In this document: positions 27,628 through 34,700 of the stretch, one piece after another
Layout: each line of letters starts with the position of its first letter
Position numbering within the stretch: the first letter of the stretch is position 1
Origin: Candidatus Woesearchaeota archaeon
GTDB lineage: Archaea; Nanobdellota; Nanobdellia; Woesearchaeales; BM511
Assembly (NCBI GenBank): GCA_023266675.1
Contig: JAHFPP010000002.1
Coordinates: 1 to 45,734, forward strand
Reading direction: 5' to 3'
Length of the DNA stretch: 45,734 nucleotides
Translations under genes and position numbers: made by a program
Notes under the pieces: generated by a model
Databases searched by the model: none
Seen by the model: only the letters and a program-made list of their open reading frames with translations
What the model was told of the DNA's origin: nothing

Positions 27628-29169
27628 ATGAAAGAGAATAATATTCAGGATAAAGAGAAAAGAGAGTTCATCAAGAAAGGACTCTTGGCAATCGGCGTTG
27701 GCGGAGCTGCAGCACTACTCAGTAAAGTTGATTTTGTTAGTGCAGAGAGAAGAATCTCATCAGTTAGTACAAGTGGAGATCTTGCTATTAATTCCAATAA
27801 ATTCACTGTTGCAGCAAATACTGGTAACACCATCATTGCTGGGACTCTTGGGGTGAGTGGTGATTTTGCTGTTAATACTAATAAGTTTACTGTTGCAGCG
27901 TCGACTGGTAACACTGTTGTTGCTGGAAATTTATCAGTTACAGGAACAGCGCAATCTACAGGTATGTTTGATGCAGGTTCAACAACACCATCGCATACTA
28001 CTCGTTTAAATTATGACGGTTATCTTTATGCTACAAGGTTTTATGGTGACGGCTCTCAGCTAAGCAGTCTGCCAAGCGCATCTATTACTCCTTCAACTAG
28101 AACTTCAAATACAATTCTTGCAGCAGGTGATAAAGGAAATTTAATTGATATAACTTCTGGAACATTCACTCAAACATTTACCGCAGCAGCAACTTTAGGC
28201 AGCGGTTGGTATTGTTATATAAGAAACTCAGGAACTGGGGAAATCACACTTGACCCAAACAGCACAGAAACAATTGATGGATTAACAACTTATATTATGT
28301 ATCCACAAGAGTGCAGACTAGTTTTATGCAATGGTACTTTATTTACTACAATTGTGATGACACCTTTTAAAATTGTTATCACATCAACACAGGCACTCAT
28401 CACACCACCCGGATATAATTACCTCGGCATGGATTTAGTTGGAGGAGGTGCCGGTGGTAGTGAAGGCACCGGTGGGCAAGCAGGTGCAGGCGGCGGTGGA
28501 GCAGGATGCCGTTTCAAAACATTTCAGATTTGTCCAAGTGCAGGATCATCTAATACAGTTACAATCGGAGCATCAGCAACATATAATGCTGATGGCAATT
28601 ACACATCTTTCCTAAATCAAAAGGCGTATGGTGGATTGTGTGGTTACAACATAGATACATGGACAACAGCTGGAGGTAATGGTGGAGGTCCATTTGCCAG
28701 TGGTGCACCACATGTAATGGTGTCATCTATTAGTAATTCTGGAAAAAATTTAGGTCTTGGTGGAGGTATGCACGTTTCCAATTACAACGACGGAAATTGG
28801 GCAACATGGGGTGGCGGGCAAGGTGGCGGCAGCGGCGGCAATGGAGGCTGTTCAATCTATGGACCAGCAGGAGGTGGTGCTGGTGGATATGGTGCGTCAG
28901 GAGGCGACGGCGGAGATAGTAATGCTAACGGAACAGGCGGTGGTGGGTTAGGTGCAACATCATCCGGTGCAAATGGTGCTAACGGGACGACGCACGCAGT
29001 TACAGGTATGGGAACAGGCGGTGGTGGCGCATACGGAGGCGGTGCATCAGTAGGTGGAAATGGAGGATTTCCCGGAGGTGGTGGTGGTGGTAAAGGTGCT
29101 GGTTCTTCTGGTCACGCAGGAACAGGTGGCGCAGGTCAAGCAACTATTTGGGGGATGATTACACTATGA
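27628..29169 (+). CDS. fibre-associated protein with the same N-terminus and a C-terminal glycine-rich domain
   Basis: N-terminus KREFIKKGLLAIGVGGAAALL is identical to the upstream gene. Contains NKFTVAANTGNT..AG.L.V.G repeats and YGDGSQLSSL. The domain starts ITPPGYNYLGMDLVGGGAGG, is followed by long GGxGG tracts, and ends GGAGQATIWG. Confidence 0.7.
   Translation: MKENNIQDKEKREFIKKGLLAIGVGGAAALLSKVDFVSAERRISSVSTSGDLAINSNKFTVAANTGNTIIAGTLGVSGDFAVNTNKFTVAASTGNTVVAGNLSVTGTAQSTGMFDAGSTTPSHTTRLNYDGYLYATRFYGDGSQLSSLPSASITPSTRTSNTILAAGDKGNLIDITSGTFTQTFTAAATLGSGWYCYIRNSGTGEITLDPNSTETIDGLTTYIMYPQECRLVLCNGTLFTTIVMTPFKIVITSTQALITPPGYNYLGMDLVGGGAGGSEGTGGQAGAGGGGAGCRFKTFQICPSAGSSNTVTIGASATYNADGNYTSFLNQKAYGGLCGYNIDTWTTAGGNGGGPFASGAPHVMVSSISNSGKNLGLGGGMHVSNYNDGNWATWGGGQGGGSGGNGGCSIYGPAGGGAGGYGASGGDGGDSNANGTGGGGLGATSSGANGANGTTHAVTGMGTGGGGAYGGGASVGGNGGFPGGGGGGKGAGSSGHAGTGGAGQATIWGMITL
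27676..27738 (+). repeat. 63-nt block identical to 26039..26101
   Basis: Direct comparison of the two 5' coding regions. The first mismatch comes immediately after the block (g versus a), followed by 7 more identical nt. Confidence 0.9.
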
Positions 29170-29420
29170 GAGCGCATGTTATTGAAAACGTAAAAATTGT
29201 AAACATAATTGAAATTGAGAGACTAGATTTAATTCCAACTCTGAATTTAATTGATGCATCACTTGGCGGCTCAATCGGAGATTACTTTGATGGTAAAAAT
29301 TTTATTAAGCCAAAAGAAGAATTAAAATCAGATTTAAAAGAAATCAAATCTGAACTTTCAAAAGAAGAACTGTTAAAGCAAATTGAAATATTAACAGAAA
29401 AAATAAAGATGTTGAAATAA
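29166..29420 (+). CDS. 84-aa protein, phage-like N-terminal fold plus coiled-coil tail
   Basis: ATG 29166 forms an ATGA overlap with the upstream stop (the track start is TTG 29148). MRAHVIENVKIVNIIEI...IGDYFDGKNFIKP resembles a widespread small phage ORF pattern (xIENGxVxNxI...IGxxYDGxxFxxP). K/E-rich heptad-like C-terminus. Confidence 0.5.
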   Translation: MRAHVIENVKIVNIIEIERLDLIPTLNLIDASLGGSIGDYFDGKNFIKPKEELKSDLKEIKSELSKEELLKQIEILTEKIKMLK

Positions 29421-29425
29421 AAAAA

Positions 29426-29569
29426 TCTCTGAGACTTTTAGGTATTAATTCATTTATATGCATTAAAAAAACTAAAGAAGGAAAAATAGGATATGATGTA
29501 GTTGTTAGAACTAAGAATGCAATATTTTTTATGAATCTTATTGGTTCCAATAATTCAAGAAATATAAAA
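29426..29569 (+). pseudogene. start-less remnant resembling the C-terminal half of a LAGLIDADG-type homing endonuclease
   Basis: An open frame different from the preceding ORF reads SLRLLGINSFICIKKTKEGKIGYDVVVRTKNAIFFMNLIGSNNSRNIK. Pattern LGIxSxI...G..Y.V.V...N...F...IG. No upstream start codon, and the frame runs into the tRNA gene. Confidence 0.3.
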
Positions 29570-29571
29570 AA

Positions 29572-29667
29572 TGGGGGTATTGGGATTCGAACCCAAATCC
29601 GACGCTCTGGAGGCGACTATTTAAGCCGGCGTTTAATACGCCACTAGCCAGGTTATACTATACCCCC
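29572..29667 (-). tRNA. tRNA, probable tRNA-Trp (anticodon CCA) with a roughly 22-nt insertion (putative non-canonical intron) between D-loop and anticodon stem; no encoded CCA end
   Basis: Minus-strand read: GGGGGTA TA GTAT AACCTGGCTA GT[GGCGTATTAAACGCCGGCTTAA]AT A GTCGC CTCCAGA GCGTC GGAT TTGGG TTCGAAT CCCAA TACCCCC A. The acceptor stem (7 bp) and T-arm are perfect. The anticodon loop has U33 and CCA. The insertion forms its own hairpin, GGCGT/ACGCC. Confidence 0.75.
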
Positions 29668-29765
29668 CTCATATCGATAAAAAATCTTGTTTTGTTTATA
29701 AAATTATTGGTAAATCTGCCTTAAAAAAGCAAAAGCTTTTATGACACCTTGTCAATAAAGCTAAA

Positions 29766-30452
29766 ATGACTTTTAAGGAATGGGTAAGTAAAAAGTTTAA
29801 TGAATTTAAAAAAACCAAGTTTTACATCAAGACAAAGGAAAGATTAAGAAAGCTCATGATTAAGCTTTTGATTATATCTGTTGTTCTAATCCTGTTTTAT
29901 ATTGGATTTCTATGGATAAAACCTTATTTAGTTGCGTATCTTAACAGTCATCCGTGGATTAATGCAATATATCAGCACATAATCTACCAGATATCCCAAA
30001 AGACGTATCTTGGGCTTTTCTATGCAAGTTTTTTTGGTGCAATATTCTTCATAGCAATACCGCTTGAGATAATCCTCCTGTACTATATTTCACTTGGATA
30101 CAACATTTTTTTTATAGGCGCTGTATCAATTATCGGAGGGGTTCTTGGTTTGTTTATCAATTATCTTATTGGACTACTCCTTGGAAAAAAAATAATGAAA
30201 TACCTCTTTAAGGATTCTTTCAACAAAATGCATGACTGGGTAGAAAAATATGGAGGGTTCTTCCTTGTGATTGGCTGCGCAGTGCCATCCCCGGTAGAAC
30301 TTGTAACCGTTGTTTTTGGCACAGCTAAATACTCAATAAAGAAATTTTTTATATATACAACAATTGGAAAAATATTAAAAATAATAATACTTTATTTCCT
30401 TGCCGACTGGTTGTTAAAAGTTGTAATTCCCAAATTCTCAGGCATATTTTAG
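29766..30452 (+). CDS. DedA/TVP38 (VTT/SNARE-associated) family membrane protein
   Basis: 228 aa, polytopic. Contains YGGFFLVIGCAVPSPVELVTVVFGTAKYSIKKFF, typical of the family. Confidence 0.6.
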   Translation: MTFKEWVSKKFNEFKKTKFYIKTKERLRKLMIKLLIISVVLILFYIGFLWIKPYLVAYLNSHPWINAIYQHIIYQISQKTYLGLFYASFFGAIFFIAIPLEIILLYYISLGYNIFFIGAVSIIGGVLGLFINYLIGLLLGKKIMKYLFKDSFNKMHDWVEKYGGFFLVIGCAVPSPVELVTVVFGTAKYSIKKFFIYTTIGKILKIIILYFLADWLLKVVIPKFSGIF

Positions 30453-30787
30453 AATGATAATGTATAACCAATTCTTATTTTATGTTTATCAATGGTTCCT
30501 TTTTCAAATTCAATTATGTATTTTGCATTTTTCTTTGAAGAATAAAAAGAGAAAGGCGAAAAACCTTCGTTTATCTCAACAATCCTCTTTTTTTCATCCA
30601 AAAATATTACATCAATAGGATAAAAAACAAACCACATATCCATAATTACTTTCTGGGGAACATCAAAAGTGAATATTACTCCCTTACTTTTTGGACTTTT
30701 TCTAAACCTTAATCCAATTGCTTTTGAGAAAAATGAATTGCAATACTCAGCATTTTTAGCTATAACTCTCTTTCCTACTTTTATCAT
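30449..30787 (-). CDS. DUF192 (UPF0127) family protein
   Basis: Contains AIGLRFRKS...GVIF...MDMWFVFYPIDVIFLD. GGAGG lies 9 nt upstream of the ATG. Confidence 0.65.
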   Translation of the reverse strand: MIKVGKRVIAKNAEYCNSFFSKAIGLRFRKSPKSKGVIFTFDVPQKVIMDMWFVFYPIDVIFLDEKKRIVEINEGFSPFSFYSSKKNAKYIIEFEKGTIDKHKIRIGYTLSF

Positions 30788-30891
30788 GGACAGCTTCCTC
30801 CAAGTCCTGTAAGGTTATAATTTGCAAGTCTGCTACTATCAATTCTAAACCAGGAAGGCATACCTGTAAAATTGCACCTGTCATTCCCATT

Positions 30892-31731
30892 CTAACTTGT
30901 ATTAAAATATTGATAATCAATAACGCTTCTGTCAAGTAATTCAATGTTCTGGCGCGAGAAATCAAGTAGATCAACAAGGCTTGTAATTCCATATTGTGAC
31001 GCTGAAAAATTCCCAGAAAAACGCGAAATGAAATCAGGAGCATTTGATGATTCAATATAATATGAATTATTAAGTGCCAGATACAACACTGATGTGTCAT
31101 TATTTGTTTTGTTCACAAAGTTTGTATTGTTTGCCCTACTTATTATATTTGTCACTTTATTATAGCTTCTTACAGTATAAATTGGGTCCTCAAAGCTTAT
31201 TATATCAACCTCTTTTTGAAAAACCTTATCATATTTCCAGCATGCAAGATTGTTAAAATCTGTAATATTCATTGTTGCATTAAGTTCAATCGTTATTTTC
31301 CATGGGGTTTTATGGTACACTCTAACATTTCGTGGGGTGATATACACATTAATATTCAATTTTTCAGCTTCATTATTCATCCTGAATGCCCAGTCATTAA
31401 TTGATGCGTTTTCCATGATATCTTCTTTGACACCATTAATGCTTCCATTAACAACCAGCTCCTGGAATACATCGCTAAAATTAGTTACAAAAACACCATT
31501 TACAGCTATGTATCTTTGCAGAGTTATTATTGCACGGTATCCGCTAATCATCAGGTTACGCTGTGCATCCTGATGAACGCTAAGTATAAAATCATTCATA
31601 GTGGTTACTCTTGAGGATGTTACAAAACTTTTTTGCATGTAATCAGTTCTTGAAAGTAGAGAAACATTGGCAATTAAAACCGCAACAAGAAGTATTGCAA
31701 ATACTGTAAAAATCATGCTTTTCTTGTTCAT
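30892..31731 (-). CDS. membrane-anchored (N-terminal TM) extracellular protein, last gene of the pilin-like operon
   Basis: MNKKSMIFTVFAILLVAVLIANVSLL, then a hydrophilic sequon-rich domain. Start set at the ATG at 31731, 8 nt after the upstream stop. The track start at 31779 overlaps the giant gene. Confidence 0.55.
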   Translation of the reverse strand: MNKKSMIFTVFAILLVAVLIANVSLLSRTDYMQKSFVTSSRVTTMNDFILSVHQDAQRNLMISGYRAIITLQRYIAVNGVFVTNFSDVFQELVVNGSINGVKEDIMENASINDWAFRMNNEAEKLNINVYITPRNVRVYHKTPWKITIELNATMNITDFNNLACWKYDKVFQKEVDIISFEDPIYTVRSYNKVTNIISRANNTNFVNKTNNDTSVLYLALNNSYYIESSNAPDFISRFSGNFSASQYGITSLVDLLDFSRQNIELLDRSVIDYQYFNTS

Positions 31732-31739
31732 CTTTTGTA

Positions 31740-34700
31740 TCACTGCCAAATTCTCACCTCCGCAATTGCAGGTCCCCAAGGATACGGAACTTTATTAACA
31801 GATATAGCGCCAATAACAAGATTATTCTCTACAAGATTCACATCAATCTTTCCGTTACTATTCAAATCAAGATTATTCAAAAGCTTGTAAACTGCGTCGT
31901 CATAAGTATCATTCACATTATAAATAATCCCGCTGCTTTTGTAACTGCAATTATTGCTCCCTAAATAATTCTGCGGTACTTTAAGCGTTGATACAGAATT
32001 ATCCTCAAACTGCACATTCCAATTACATCCTATAGCATACTCAAGTACCTCGCTATACGAAATAGTTGATTTCATTAGGCCGGTATAAAAAAATGTGTCA
32101 TTTGGAGAGCATCCTGTGGAGTTTACAGGTTCAATTCCTGTTCTTATAGTTATATTATTTATTTTATCATAATTCAAAAGCAAAGGCGAAAAACCAACAA
32201 TGTAAGGGTCACCTAAAAATTGATAATCCGAGTTAAACCAGCTTAAATTATGCGTTGTCGCATTATTTACAAACAGGTAATCAGTCCATTTACTTGATGA
32301 ATAGCTAGAAACTTTGGAATCAACAAGTCTAAGTTTAGAGGATATATTACTGTAAAGTGTGCAGTTCAAAATTCCTCTGTTCTCAAAATTTGCTGATATT
32401 TCTCCTATTTCTGGAGCATGAATAGGTGATGTGTAGTTTATTTCAATATACGATTCCTGACCATATAATTTTGACAGCGTTGGTGAACCAGTTACGACAA
32501 TTTTTTGCTCTACACGTGAAACATCCATTATCTCTGCTGCAACATCATCATAAAAATTACTTAAGACAGCTGTGTCATTGCTTCTAAGATACATTCCTCC
32601 ACCGCAATCTGCTATTCCTTGAAGAGTTGATTCATCAGCATCAGAACTGTAACCAACAGCATAAACAGATATACCCCAATTTCGTCTAGCGTCACACGAA
32701 GCCTGTATTGCGTCATCCATTGATGTATCTGCTGTGTCATCATTATCAAGGTCAGCAGTAACTCCCTGCTCTGAACATTCCCTGTTTGCCTGTCCATCAG
32801 TCATTAACAGCATGGCTTTATTTCGCGAATCATTTATCCTAAATAATTCCATATTAAATCTGCTAAACTCACTACTTGTAAAAAGTTCAACTGCAAAAAC
32901 ATTTTCTCCTTCCCTAAAATAACTATTGGCAATCTGATGCCCGACAGTATTCCAATAAGTCGCATTATTCACTGTATTATCACTGAACACCAAAACGCCA
33001 TTAAGATAAACTTTTGCACTGTTATCTGACATAAGATTCATGAATATCTTGCTTAAAGAATTCAAATTTGTAATATTAAAATGTTTTCTAAGATAATAAG
33101 TCTCAGTAGTGTTAGATGCTTTTAAACTTACATTATCAAACTTTGCAGCACCCCACTTGCTACTGCTATCAGCATTTAACTTAGCACCAAAATCCAGATA
33201 ATAGTGTCCTGGTCCTTCCACATAATCTTTGATGTTAGTTGAAAAAAATCCGCTAAACTCAGTATCAGGATTATTTTGATTTGCAACTTCAAGTGTATTA
33301 TCTCCATCAACATTTGAAATTTCTGAACCAAGATAGTGCTCACCGCTATTTGGACTTATCCATCTTGATTTTATCCATACTTCATCAACAATGCTGCTAA
33401 ACGGATTTGCAGGACTACTCTCCCATTCATAATTGAATTCAAGAATAAATTTTCCATTGCTTGCGTTTATTACAGCATAAAGTGCAGGTGTTATATCAAC
33501 ATCAACACCATAAAATCCCTGACAGTCATAATTAGAACACCTGTTTTGTGAAGGGGAACCTGTTGAGAAATTTAATTTTAAAACTCCATTTGTAGGACCA
33601 GAAAAATTCACAGTAAAATTAGTCTGGCTGCTAACAATACTTACCCATACAGCTGAATAATTTAAAACGTCTTTAATTATTGAATTATCATCCATATACG
33701 CAATCTGCAGACTTAAATTTCTGTTACTTTGACTGCTCCATGCAGACAATATATTTGAATTTGTTATTATCTTTGATATATTCCCGCTTCCAATTGGTGT
33801 CATATTTCCAATGTATTCAAAACCTGTCCCATTATACATTTTTAATAACAACAGCGGAAGTGTGCCATTATTTGCTGAAGATGCTGAACTGTTATAAGCG
33901 TTTATATTCACTGTTACAGTAATATTCTCAAGCGATGAGGATGGCAGAACTCCAGTTAAAACTCCTGAATAATTTCTGACAGACCCATTAATATCAATCT
34001 GATTATTTGGAAATAATGAATAATTGATTTGCATTTTTATAAAATCACATCGAATCTGGTTTGAAAGATGGGAAGAATCTACATTTGTTACAAGCTTAAC
34101 TCTTGCATTATTTGCGCTTGAGGCATTCCAAGTTAAACCCCATAATTCGACAAGACCATTTGTGTTATTTCTTAATGTATAAGCTGTCCCAATATCTCCT
34201 GTATCATCAACAGTCGGAGACCATGAAGTTCCATTATTATTGCTTAGCTGGATATAAAATGTATTTGTTCCTGTGCTAGGATTTACACTGCAATTACTGT
34301 TTACAAGCAATCCATTAATAACTGTTGAACTTGTCAAATTATCCAATGGAATATTTGTGTTAAAACCATACCAAGAATTATTTCTATAAGACGCTGTTCC
34401 ATTTCCAAAAGTTATTCCTGGTCCATACATGTTGGATGCGTTTATCCAACCCTTTCCAATTGATAAGTTTGAAGATGGAAGAACAAGACTGCTAACATAT
34501 TTGCCAACGGTATTATTTAACTGTAAGAATATTGTTGAATTTTCCAAATCCGCACTTACATTAGTAATCGTAATTAATGTTCCTGACCCGTTCCAGTCCC
34601 AACCATCATCACCTCTTCCAAGTCCAAACGTATTAGCAGTGGAATTCCAACCATGTGTGAAATCTGCTTCTGGAGATGAAAGATCGCTTGAATTTTCCCA

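Noticed and set aside
25960-27914. Antisense ORFs 25960..26406, 26659..27027 and 27645..27914 listed in the track
   Set aside because: They lie fully inside the fibre genes on the opposite strand. Their translations are low-complexity P/V/A strings produced by reading Gly/Ala/Thr-rich repeats backwards. They have no start context.
16253-29667. Interpretation of the whole 16-29.6 kb region as an intact integrated virus at the tRNA
   Set aside because: No integrase, capsid, portal, terminase or replication genes are present. I could not find a duplicated tRNA 3' segment (att) in the intergenic regions I scanned by eye. 16253-25499 reads as ordinary signal-peptide surface proteins. Only 25.6-29.6 kb carries virus-type signatures.
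29572-29667. Reading the 96-nt tRNA as a class II (long variable arm) tRNA-Leu/Ser, or with anticodon loops TATTAAA or TTAAATA
   Set aside because: The extra nucleotides lie 5' of the only loop that has U33 plus a purine at 37. The alternative loops lack U33 or give anticodon AAA with a pyrimidine at 37. D-arm pairing also fails in those registers.
30756-31100. 114-aa minus-strand ORF overlapping 30892..31731
   Set aside because: It overlaps the 3' part of a better-supported gene in another frame and extends over the DUF192 start. It has no signal or motif.
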